The position numbers were made by a program, and so were the translations under genes. The notes under the pieces were generated by a model that searched no databases, was not told the DNA's origin, and saw only the letters and a list, made by a program, of their open reading frames with translations. This document shows positions 17,733-26,219 of a stretch of DNA of 64,000 bases, in pieces; positions within the stretch are counted from its first letter, which is position 1; every line of letters starts with the position of its first letter. This stretch comes from Chthonomonadaceae bacterium. GTDB taxonomy: Bacteria; Armatimonadota; Chthonomonadetes; Chthonomonadales; Chthonomonadaceae. Location: NCBI GenBank assembly GCA_025352825.1, contig JANXSG010000017.1, positions 755-64,754 on the forward strand, in the 5' to 3' direction.

Positions 17733-19015
17733 AATCATTTTTCCTGTTCACAGGCGTAATATTTTTATGTGCACTTGTATGGTATGGATTTAAGACCTCA
17801 TTAAAACCTGCGGTCTCAGCTCTTTCTAATTCGTCTCAACACGGAAATGACATCAAGACACCTGCTAGCAATATCAATACTTTGAAAGAATCCGTCGTGG
17901 CTGAATCTAAGTCGTATAAATTAAGTATGACAGGAACTGTGATGCCCGATGCGCAGTCCACACTTACTGTACGAATGCCAAGCCGGATTGCAAAAGTGCT
18001 GGTACAGCAGGGAGATACAGTGCGCCCTAGGCAGATATTAGTTCAGTTTGATGATACGGAGATATTGAATCAAATACGAATATACTCTGCTGCAATGGAG
18101 GCAGCAAGGATCCAATTAAATAAAGCCTATTTGGGAAAGGCTGCACAGAAGCTTAAACTCCAGGTCGATCAAAGTTCTGCTCGGGCCTCACTGCTACAAA
18201 CCAAGCAGAAACTCAAACAGTCTCTGCTTTCTGCAGATGCGGCAAGTGAAGATGCAAAAAGTGAAATAGCTCTTGCCGAAGATACAGTAAGTAAAGCACA
18301 AAATGTTCATACGCAAGCTCAGGTTACGCTGAAAAACCTGGAGAAACTAGCGCAGGCAGGCGGAGTTTCAATGGCAGATTTAGAGGGAGCAAAGCTGCAG
18401 GAATCTACTTCAAACTCTGATCTAAAATCTGCACGCACCCAGCTTAAAAGGCTGCAAGCGAGTCCTGATAAAACAAATGCTATTTCGTATCGCACGGCAC
18501 TTGCACAAAAAGACGTCGAAATAGCGCGCCAAGGTGTAGCTCAGAGTGATATTGCTGTAGGAACAGCCGACAAGGCTTTTCTGCAGGGAGTCAATCTATC
18601 TGTACAAGATATTCGTTCTGCCGCAGCCCAGTTAGATCAGGCAAGAGCCAGTTATCAAGGAGCAGTTGCTCAGCATAATTTTTATCAGTTAGTAAGCCCT
18701 TTGCACGGAATAGTTTCGAGTATCAGCGCGAGAGTAGGGGAGACAGCTCAGCCGGGTTCCCCTTTATTGAGTGTTGTTTCTGCTGATGGACTGCATGTAG
18801 AAGCCCTGGTATCAGCAAGGCATTTATCTCACATGCGCATACATCTTCCCGTACAAGTGCGAGTAGATACGATGCCAGGAAAACTGTATAATGCTCACAC
18901 TTCTTTTATTTCGCATACGGCGGAATCCGATGGCAGAAGTTTTCGTGTAAGATTTGAATTTGATAAGCGCGTGATCATACAGCCAGGTGTAGCTGCTACG
19001 ATTACTCTTCGATGA
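17729..19015 (+). CDS. HlyD/RND-type periplasmic adaptor (membrane fusion protein)
   Basis: ATGA overlap with the tolC-like gene. N-terminal TM helix, long coiled-coil hairpin, and barrel-sandwich/beta-barrel segments. Confidence 0.8.
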   Translation: MKSFFLFTGVIFLCALVWYGFKTSLKPAVSALSNSSQHGNDIKTPASNINTLKESVVAESKSYKLSMTGTVMPDAQSTLTVRMPSRIAKVLVQQGDTVRPRQILVQFDDTEILNQIRIYSAAMEAARIQLNKAYLGKAAQKLKLQVDQSSARASLLQTKQKLKQSLLSADAASEDAKSEIALAEDTVSKAQNVHTQAQVTLKNLEKLAQAGGVSMADLEGAKLQESTSNSDLKSARTQLKRLQASPDKTNAISYRTALAQKDVEIARQGVAQSDIAVGTADKAFLQGVNLSVQDIRSAAAQLDQARASYQGAVAQHNFYQLVSPLHGIVSSISARVGETAQPGSPLLSVVSADGLHVEALVSARHLSHMRIHLPVQVRVDTMPGKLYNAHTSFISHTAESDGRSFRVRFEFDKRVIIQPGVAATITLR

Positions 19016-19256
19016 TCTCAACACTTATTGCAGTACCCATCAAAAATAGAGGGTTTTGTTCTGATCGTGTTGAATCATCATACTAGATTGAAGGTGATTT
19101 GAAACCAGCGCTCATACTAGCTGAATACTAGCTGTAACAATGCTTATTGTGTTTATTCTAATTAAGTATATTCATTTATCAGAATATTCAGACGGTAGAA
19201 TTCAGTATGATATTCTGCATTCAAAATAGACAAAAACCCAACCATTCAGGAAAAAT

Positions 19257-20309
19257 ATGAAGCTATTAGGCATATTTGGCAAACAAAAACCGCTCTCTTT
19301 TCCGGAGTTTCGTGATTCCGTTCGGCTTGAAGTGCGACGCAGCAATCCTGGTGCGACAGCAGAAAACACCGATAGTGGGTTTATTCTGAGAATGGACGGT
19401 GTTCCGGTAACATGCAATCTTCGCCAACTCTACTTCGAATACAGTAAAAATCCCGCTAAACGTGAACAGTTAGTACAAGATTGGATGCGTCAGGCAGTAA
19501 GCCGTGTCCCGGAACATACATGGCTGCAGGCACGACCGACACTGCGCCCCATCCTGAAAAATGCGGAGATGATCGCTCATGCCAACGTCCAGATGAAAAA
19601 GGCGGCGGAACCAGATAGTCTTCCGTCGAAGGTGTTCGTGGGTGACCTATGTTTGATTGTGATGCGTGAAGTCGGCGGAACTCTTATTGGAGTCACCCAA
19701 AAACAGCTAGTTATATGGAATATCAGCTTCGAAGAGTGCCTTCATGAAGCTGCAAACAGTATGAATCTGCTGATGTTCCCATCCGTTACGAGTGAATTAA
19801 TGGTGGGAGCTGCTTCACGTGGTAAACAGGAAGGCGGAGAAATTGTCGGGCTAGTATTTGAGGGTGATCACCTGACCGCCACCTGGATATATCTGGAGCG
19901 ATTCCGAAGTCATCTGGGGATGATTTTGCAAGGAGACTATGTTGTGTCTATCCCGACACGCAATCGACTTACTGCCATTCGAGTTGATGAGCCCAGTATG
20001 ATTGCTTCCATGCAGACTTCGAATCGTAATTCACGAAATTTGGCATACTCGCTTACAAATCAATGTTTTCAGGTGAGCGCTCAAACTACTGATGGCGTCA
20101 TAAGTATCTACCAGAATACAGTGAAGCCTGAGGATATTTTCGACTCTCCAGCCGTGGTGACAAGGCAGCCTTCCCCTCTACGCCAAAGCCAAGATGAGGC
20201 CTTTCAACGCCCTGCAGCAATAGATTTTTCCACCTGGGGCGGAATTTCTGAGCCTATTGGCGAACCGGCAACTGTGTTTGAAAAGCCTGCACGGTCCAGG
20301 GGTAAATGA
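19257..20309 (+). CDS. hypothetical protein, possibly DUF1444/YtpQ-like
   Basis: 350-aa ORF ending 5 nt before trpD. Weak by-eye resemblance to YtpQ-type proteins (GDYVVSIPTRNRL). Confidence 0.55.
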   Translation: MKLLGIFGKQKPLSFPEFRDSVRLEVRRSNPGATAENTDSGFILRMDGVPVTCNLRQLYFEYSKNPAKREQLVQDWMRQAVSRVPEHTWLQARPTLRPILKNAEMIAHANVQMKKAAEPDSLPSKVFVGDLCLIVMREVGGTLIGVTQKQLVIWNISFEECLHEAANSMNLLMFPSVTSELMVGAASRGKQEGGEIVGLVFEGDHLTATWIYLERFRSHLGMILQGDYVVSIPTRNRLTAIRVDEPSMIASMQTSNRNSRNLAYSLTNQCFQVSAQTTDGVISIYQNTVKPEDIFDSPAVVTRQPSPLRQSQDEAFQRPAAIDFSTWGGISEPIGEPATVFEKPARSRGK

Positions 20310-20313
20310 CCTC

Positions 20314-21357
20314 ATGCCTCAGCACGTAATACAAAAGCTCTCCAATGGTTTATCGCTCACTCGAGAGGAAGCTTTACAATCGATGCGTGGCATGATGGAA
20401 GGCAGATTTACTCCCTCCCAGATTGGAGCCGTACTGATATCACTCCACATCAAGGGTGAAACCGTGGAGGAAGTCACAGGCTTTGCGATGGGAATGCGTG
20501 AACAGCTCATACCTGTCCATGCCGCGCGCACTCCACTCCTGGATACCTGTGGTACGGGAGGCAGCAGTTTTCGAGTATTTAATGTTTCCACATGCTCTGC
20601 ATTTATAACGGCTGCTGCTGGAATCGGTATCGCAAAACACGGAAATCGCGCCGTTACAGGGGTCTGTGGCAGTGCGGATGTTCTGGAGGCTCTGGGTATT
20701 CAAGTAGAAATTACTCCTGAGCAGTGTGCAGATAGTATTGATACTGTGGGTATAGGATTCATATTTGCCCAGCGACACCATCCGGCGCTTCGTCATGTGG
20801 GGCCATCGCGTCGAGAGATAGGAGTGCGCACAGTATTCAATCTTCTGGGGCCGCTCAGTAATCCTGCCGATGCAAAAATGCATGCGCTTGGAGTTTACGA
20901 GCCTTCACTCTGTTCTCTAGCTGCTGGGGTACTCAAAGAGCTGGGAAGTACGAATGCAGTCGTGATGCATGGAGACATCGGGCTGGATGAGATTTCAGTG
21001 GTCGGCGAAACACAGATTAGCGAACTACGTGGCGGGGAAATAGTGGAGTATAAACTCAAAGCATCTGATTTTGGTGTGGATGAATCCAGGGTCGATCTGA
21101 AAGCATTGGCGCCTGCAACGACTCCTGCTGAAAACGCCGTTTTGGTACGAGATACGCTTTCCAATAGAGACATAGATGCAGGTGGCTATTCACGCCGTGC
21201 ACTAGTGGCAGTGAACGCAGCGGCAGCGCTTCGTACAGCCGGACTAGCTAAAAGCTGGCCAGAAGCAGTAGAATTAGCCAATGCATTAATTTCTGATAGA
21301 CTTGCCCTCGATAAGCTTGATGAGCTGATCGAGTTTACGAGGAGTTTGAATCGATGA
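20314..21357 (+). CDS. trpD: anthranilate phosphoribosyltransferase
   Basis: DTCGTGGSS and KHGNRA motifs. The start was moved to the ATG at 20314, just after the upstream stop. Confidence 0.9.
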   Translation: MPQHVIQKLSNGLSLTREEALQSMRGMMEGRFTPSQIGAVLISLHIKGETVEEVTGFAMGMREQLIPVHAARTPLLDTCGTGGSSFRVFNVSTCSAFITAAAGIGIAKHGNRAVTGVCGSADVLEALGIQVEITPEQCADSIDTVGIGFIFAQRHHPALRHVGPSRREIGVRTVFNLLGPLSNPADAKMHALGVYEPSLCSLAAGVLKELGSTNAVVMHGDIGLDEISVVGETQISELRGGEIVEYKLKASDFGVDESRVDLKALAPATTPAENAVLVRDTLSNRDIDAGGYSRRALVAVNAAAALRTAGLAKSWPEAVELANALISDRLALDKLDELIEFTRSLNR

Positions 21358-22139
21358 GTATGCTGTCTGAGATATTAGCAACAAAACATACGGAAGTTAA
21401 GTTTCGAATGGAGCAGACTTCTGCACATGCGATGCAGGAGAAGCTAATGGACGCACCTCCAGCACGTGATTTTCGGGCAGCAATTGCCAACTCCGGTGAA
21501 ATTGCACTCCTAGCAGAAGTTAAAAAAGCCTCTCCTTCCAAGGGAATCATTCGCGAGGATTTCGACCCGATCGAAATCGCGAAGATATTTGCCTCAAATG
21601 GGGCGGCTTGTCTATCTGTACTGACAGATGAGAAGTACTTCAAAGGCAAACTCGAGTATCTTTCCAATATTCATGAAGTGGTGGACATACCGCTGCTTCG
21701 AAAAGATTTTATTGTTAATAGCTGGCAAATAGTGGAGAGCAAGGCTGCAGGAGCGGATGCCATTCTGCTGATTGTTGCCGCACTATCACCAAAAGATCTT
21801 ACAAACTATATCAAGCTTGCGACGGAGTATGGGCTAGCAGCACTCGTCGAAGTACATGACAAGGATGAGATGAAGGAAGCCATCGATGCCGGCGCTGATC
21901 TTATTGGTATCAATAATCGAGATCTCCACACATTCCGCACGAATCTATCCGTAACCCTCGATCTGGTGGCGAACCTGCCTCCCGATCCAAAACGACTCAT
22001 TGTTAGTGAAAGTGGAATATTCACACGTGCCGATGTTCTCAGGCTTCAAGAAGTGGGAGTAAACGCAATTCTGGTGGGTGAAGCATTGATGCGAGAGGCA
22101 GATATCGGTGCAAAGATGAACGAGCTTCGAGGAATGTAA
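21354..22139 (+). CDS. trpC: indole-3-glycerol phosphate synthase
   Basis: ATGA overlap with trpD. EVKKASPSKG and INNRDL motifs. Confidence 0.9.
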   Translation: MSMLSEILATKHTEVKFRMEQTSAHAMQEKLMDAPPARDFRAAIANSGEIALLAEVKKASPSKGIIREDFDPIEIAKIFASNGAACLSVLTDEKYFKGKLEYLSNIHEVVDIPLLRKDFIVNSWQIVESKAAGADAILLIVAALSPKDLTNYIKLATEYGLAALVEVHDKDEMKEAIDAGADLIGINNRDLHTFRTNLSVTLDLVANLPPDPKRLIVSESGIFTRADVLRLQEVGVNAILVGEALMREADIGAKMNELRGM

Positions 22140-22147
22140 TTTTTGCT

Positions 22148-22319
22148 GCCCTCACCCCCAACCTAGCTTCTACATTTGAACTCGGATTAAACGGATTATA
22201 TGATTTTCTAGGATTGGGCTGTGGAAATCATAGACCATGCGTAAATCCGTTAAATCCAAGTTCAGACAATTCGGTTTCCGAGGACAGAGAGAATTTTGAA
22301 TCGGAAAGGGTGTGAGGGC
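22148..22319. repeat. palindromic element occupying the trpC-trpF spacer
   Basis: Outer IR GCCCTCACCCCC (22148) / GGGTGTGAGGGC (22308-22319). Inner IR GGATTAAACGGATT / AAATCCGTTAAATCC. Confidence 0.7.
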
Positions 22320-22353
22320 GAGATTCCTCCTTGCTGCAGAGGAGTTGTAAAGC

Positions 22354-22974
22354 GTGACGAGGATTAAAATATGTGGGATTACAAACAAAGAAGACGCGCA
22401 GGCAGCTATTGCCAGTGGAGCGGATGCCCTGGGGTTTATATGCGTTCCAGAGTCACCTAGATTTGTGGGACTGTTCCCGGGGGCTGCTGAAATTGCCCGC
22501 AACCTTCCTCCGTTTATAAGTTCTGTTGCAGTAAATAGGCAGCCATCTTTTGAACCCTGCATTGATTGTAATGCGCTCCAGTGGTATGATGCTGATACAC
22601 CGAGTAAATTCCGCTCGGAAATCAAGCTGATTCGTGCTTTTTCTATCCGAGACGCTTCCAGCCTGGATTTTATTGAGAGCGAGATAGCTCGTTTCCGGCC
22701 AGATGCCATCTTGTTGGATACCTATCATAAGAATGTGCTGGGCGGATCTGGAGAGACCTTCAACTGGGATTTGGCTGTCGAGGCGAAGAACAGATTCGAT
22801 CTTCCGATCATACTCGCAGGTGGTCTGACTCCTGAGAATTTAGCTGAAGCGATTCGCCAGGTTCGCCCATATGGTGTGGATGTCTCCAGCGGAGTGGAAC
22901 GAGAACCTGGCAAAAAAAATCACGATAAAATTCGTGAATTTTGTCGTACCGTACGATTGGTGGATTTGGAGTAG
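22354..22974 (+). CDS. trpF: phosphoribosylanthranilate isomerase
   Basis: GTG start, KICGIT N-terminus, 206 aa. Confidence 0.85.
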   Translation: MTRIKICGITNKEDAQAAIASGADALGFICVPESPRFVGLFPGAAEIARNLPPFISSVAVNRQPSFEPCIDCNALQWYDADTPSKFRSEIKLIRAFSIRDASSLDFIESEIARFRPDAILLDTYHKNVLGGSGETFNWDLAVEAKNRFDLPIILAGGLTPENLAEAIRQVRPYGVDVSSGVEREPGKKNHDKIREFCRTVRLVDLE

Positions 22975-22993
22975 TTACTTTTTCCTAAATAAT

Positions 22994-23213
22994 CTGGCAA
23001 AGCCAGAACCAGCAGGATTCCTACGCCTGGGGATGATGGAAATTTGAAAATCATTAGCAAACTAGTTCCGTTATGCGCCGGGCAATGAAATACCTGCCTG
23101 AGAGGCCTGCGGTCAAACACCGTGTAGGCGGTAAACGCATTTGAAAGACGCCTGTTTTTTTGATGCCGCGGGATGAGGTTAAGTGTTCCACTATTGGTTC
23201 TGGCTATGCCAAC
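22994..23213. repeat. 220-bp element bounded by inverted S motifs and containing a degenerate A-family copy
   Basis: S1 CTGGCAAAGCCAGAACCA at 22994-23011. S2 (reverse) at 23195-23213. A copy at 23077-23172. Confidence 0.7.
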
Positions 23214-23642
23214 TTAGGTAGTGAGATGAGAATCGATACTTGGATACACCCACCACATTCCTTCCATCCTACTTGGAAAAAGAGGCAGTTGACAATCAGG
23301 CTGTTGCTAAAGGTGCCACCTTCACCCTGAAGATGTTGAGATTCAGCGAAGGGGAGAGACTCTGGCATCAAATTACTCATACCATGCCTATGGTGAACGG
23401 AGCGGAGACTCATTTACGAACGGACTATTACAGGGATAAAATATTTTTGCCAGACCTCGGACCTCAATAGCGCTAACCCGACTGCTCTCACTTGGAACTC
23501 AATATGTGATTCTCGATCTACAAAATCGGTATTCTGGCATGAAGACTTATCTAGGAGATGTGTCTGTTGTGCCGAACAGTCTCCAAGCGCCATATAAGCT
23601 AATTCATCAAGATACTGAGGTGAAGGTGTACCGGCCATGAAG

Positions 23643-24407
23643 TTAAGAATGAATCGAGGTTGCTGTTTCAACTGCTATCAGACTGCTATCCTGCAATCTG
23701 ATCAGCAGCTTGCCATTCTCATCTATGCCTTCCGCAGTTCCTCTCCTCGTGCCTTCGGGGGTTTCTGCTTCGAAAGACATTCCTACAGTGGTATCTCGAT
23801 TACGCCACCTCGATAGAATTTCTTCCAATGACATACTTGCCATACGATTGAGGGCTTTTCCAATGGCGATAGTTATCTCTTTTACTGTGATATCTGTCAC
23901 ACCATTCAGTGCAAGAGATGTCGCTTTTTCTTGAAGTTCTGCCGGAAATGTCGTCACCGAAATATTTATTCCCACACCCACCAAAACTGTCCACTCACCA
24001 TCAGGATTTCGAAATGATTCTATCAGTATGCCACCCAATTTTTTATCCGAGAGCACTAGATCGTTCGGCCATTTAAGCCCAATGCAACAGTGTTGGATGA
24101 GATTTTCAATGCCTTCGGCCGCAGCGATACCAGCCATAAGAGAGAGCCTCGATGTATCGTCGGGCAATTCAAGCCTGTGCCTCATGAAATAAGTGACGCA
24201 TAGGCTCTCTCCAGCAGGGCAGTGCCAATCTCTTCCACGCTGGCCTCTTCCCGCAGTCTGTTCGTCCGCCATAACGCCAGCAATGCTGGGGACACCGTCC
24301 GCATCAAAGTCAACAGATCCAGACTTAATCATCGCCTTTGCTGCGTCCATGGTGGAAGTGACATATTCTAGATGCACGATTTGGATCATAGATGTCAGTC
24401 CATTCAA
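23643..24407 (-). CDS. birA: biotin-[acetyl-CoA-carboxylase] ligase (no N-terminal HTH)
   Basis: GRGQRGRDW signature and KWPND; 254 aa. Confidence 0.88.
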   Translation of the reverse strand: MNGLTSMIQIVHLEYVTSTMDAAKAMIKSGSVDFDADGVPSIAGVMADEQTAGRGQRGRDWHCPAGESLCVTYFMRHRLELPDDTSRLSLMAGIAAAEGIENLIQHCCIGLKWPNDLVLSDKKLGGILIESFRNPDGEWTVLVGVGINISVTTFPAELQEKATSLALNGVTDITVKEITIAIGKALNRMASMSLEEILSRWRNRDTTVGMSFEAETPEGTRRGTAEGIDENGKLLIRLQDSSLIAVETATSIHS

Positions 24408-24410
24408 ATT

Positions 24411-24869
24411 CCGGGAGTTGAAAAATCACGGAATTAATAAAACAGGCGTCATTCAGACGCGATGCGTCTGTACTATATGTAAGAAAATTCAGATTGATAA
24501 TCAGCCCATGGAGGGAGCCTAGGCGACCGGAGATGGGCTTTGCAATTCCAGAGCGGGGTTTTAACCCCGGCGTCCAATGGGCTTTGCAATTCCATCGCGG
24601 GTATAGGGGTCGTGAAACTACTCCAAATAAACTCCAAAATAATCTCCCGCACATGCCGGGCACTGAAGTACCCGTCTGGAAGGCTTTCAGCCAACCGCCC
24701 TGCGGGCGGGAATCGCGTCTGAGAGACGCCTGCTTATTGATGCCGGGAGTTTTCAACTCCCGGAAAAGCTGCAGTACCTGTCTGGAAGGTCTGCAGCCAA
24801 CCGCTCTGCGGACACGAATCGCGTCAGAGAGACGCATGCTTTTTGATGACGGGAGTTTTCAACTCCCGG
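24411..24869. repeat. A/B-family repeat cluster: reverse partial A, B unit, duplicated B fragment, two tandem 107-nt A units
   Basis: Reverse A copy at 24411-24466. B unit at 24503-24550. A units at 24655-24763 and 24764-24869. Each A unit carries three triloop hairpins; in the first unit these are at 24695-24709, 24715-24729 and 24743-24763. Confidence 0.85.
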
Positions 24870-24920
24870 CAAACAAATCCGTCGTGTTCTGAGGAATTGT
24901 TTGGTTCTGGCTTTGCCATG

Positions 24921-25445
24921 TTAGAGGTTTCTTATACGAGCCACCGCAGAGAGTACGGCAACCGACAGAATAATCATATCCCAAGGTTTTTGAAGAATAA
25001 TCAGCATAGCGTCAACTATTCCCAGATCACCGAGACTGGTAATGCGAAGTACTCCCATTACCATTATTCCCATTCCACTACAAATACCCACCAGAATTTC
25101 CATCTTGATTCCGCGTTTTCGACCAGAGGCGCGCAGGGCAGTCTCTGCGATAAGCAGGCCATATAAAAATGATCCCCACAGACGAAAAAAGCCAAATCCA
25201 CCAAACAAGCCCATGATGAGCCACCCACCTACTAAGCTTGCTGCAGTGGATGCAACAGCAGCTAATGCGAGGTTTTTTGCATCTGGCTGCAGCAACGCCA
25301 GACCTCCGCCTTTACTGCAGTCACGACAAAACTGCCCGGCCGCTGTAAGAACCAAGCAGTCCGGGCAGATAGGTTTATTGCATCTTGCGCAACAGAGAGC
25401 AGTTGTCGTCTTGCGGCGGCATGAACAGGGTTGATCCGCACTCAT
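24921..25445 (-). CDS. membrane protein with N-terminal Cys-rich zinc-ribbon/B-box-like domain and about 4 TM helices
   Basis: CSC...CCARCNKPICPDC...FCRDC followed by hydrophobic segments. 4-nt overlap with the upstream gene. Confidence 0.6.
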   Translation of the reverse strand: MSADQPCSCRRKTTTALCCARCNKPICPDCLVLTAAGQFCRDCSKGGGLALLQPDAKNLALAAVASTAASLVGGWLIMGLFGGFGFFRLWGSFLYGLLIAETALRASGRKRGIKMEILVGICSGMGIMVMGVLRITSLGDLGIVDAMLIILQKPWDMIILSVAVLSAVARIRNL

Positions 25446-26143
25446 AGCGCTTTCTTTTGAGGTTTCTTTACATGGAAACTGGCATCATTTGAGCTTCCAT
25501 TTGCATCCAGTCCCAATTTAGTAAGTCGATCATTCAGACCGGTAATCATTTCTGCTAGAGCTGTGCTGAGATCCGAGCCATGCAAAGGGAGGTTATCCGG
25601 TTTGATCAGCGGAGAGTTTGCCGAAATCATTCTATTTTTGGCAAGATAGGTAAGTGACCCATAAGCTGGATTACTTGAAGCCAGCGTGATGGTAACTTTG
25701 GCCGGAAGCGCTTCCGATTTTCCCAGGTCATTTGCATCCGCAGGCGGGCGAGGCAGTCCGTTGGTGGTAAAGTCTCCAAAGCGAACAAGCACTTCAGCGA
25801 GAGCATAGCGAGTAAGTGGACGCTTTTTCCAGTTACCCTGTTTTAACATCGTTTCTGTCTTGTTTTTAATCGGGATACTTGCAGCTGTATGCCATGAGCC
25901 CGTCTCAAGTATTTTTGCCAGTTTTGCTAGTGCAATCAATGCTTGGGCATGTGTGACGATGGAATCGCCCTGGAAATGATTTGTTTCGCTCAGAGATAGG
26001 ATGTTGTTATCCAGTGACTGAGTTACTGCAGAGGCTGCCCAGTGGTTTGCCGGTACATCAGTGGGAAGGGATGCTGCATGCGCGCATGTTGGCAGTAAAT
26101 TGATGCAGATTGCAAGGCCGAAGAAGGTCTGTCGAATGTCCAT
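25442..26143 (-). CDS. secreted SLH-domain protein
   Basis: Signal peptide, then DVPANHWAASAV (SLH motif). Confidence 0.65.
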   Translation of the reverse strand: MDIRQTFFGLAICINLLPTCAHAASLPTDVPANHWAASAVTQSLDNNILSLSETNHFQGDSIVTHAQALIALAKLAKILETGSWHTAASIPIKNKTETMLKQGNWKKRPLTRYALAEVLVRFGDFTTNGLPRPPADANDLGKSEALPAKVTITLASSNPAYGSLTYLAKNRMISANSPLIKPDNLPLHGSDLSTALAEMITGLNDRLTKLGLDANGSSNDASFHVKKPQKKAL

Positions 26144-26219
26144 TTCATTGTTCCTTTAACAGAGGCAGCGTATATTCGGATTCCCGCATTTTGCCCCAGC
26201 CAGAACTTGCATAATGGAG

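Noticed and set aside
22994-23011. S motif read as a sigma54 promoter (TGGCA...)
   Set aside because: The spacing and the -12 element do not fit TGGCAC-N5-TTGCW, because GAACC occupies the -12 position. Copies also lie downstream of stop codons in both orientations.
24655-24869. Possible CRISPR array (tandem structured repeats)
   Set aside because: Only two units are present. They are 107 nt long and directly abutting, with no unique spacers, and the same unit is dispersed singly elsewhere. No cas genes are in the window.
24325-24892. Long ORFs (170 aa minus strand, 132 aa and 60 aa plus strand) across the birA-upstream spacer. Similar ORFs occur at 13211-13402, 11819-12178, 31947-32213 and 35381-35587.
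   Set aside because: They are translations of A/B/C/D repeat DNA. The same peptide strings recur on both strands at different loci (for example GRLGSLHGLI and LVQTALSFA). This indicates conserved DNA/RNA structure, not protein.
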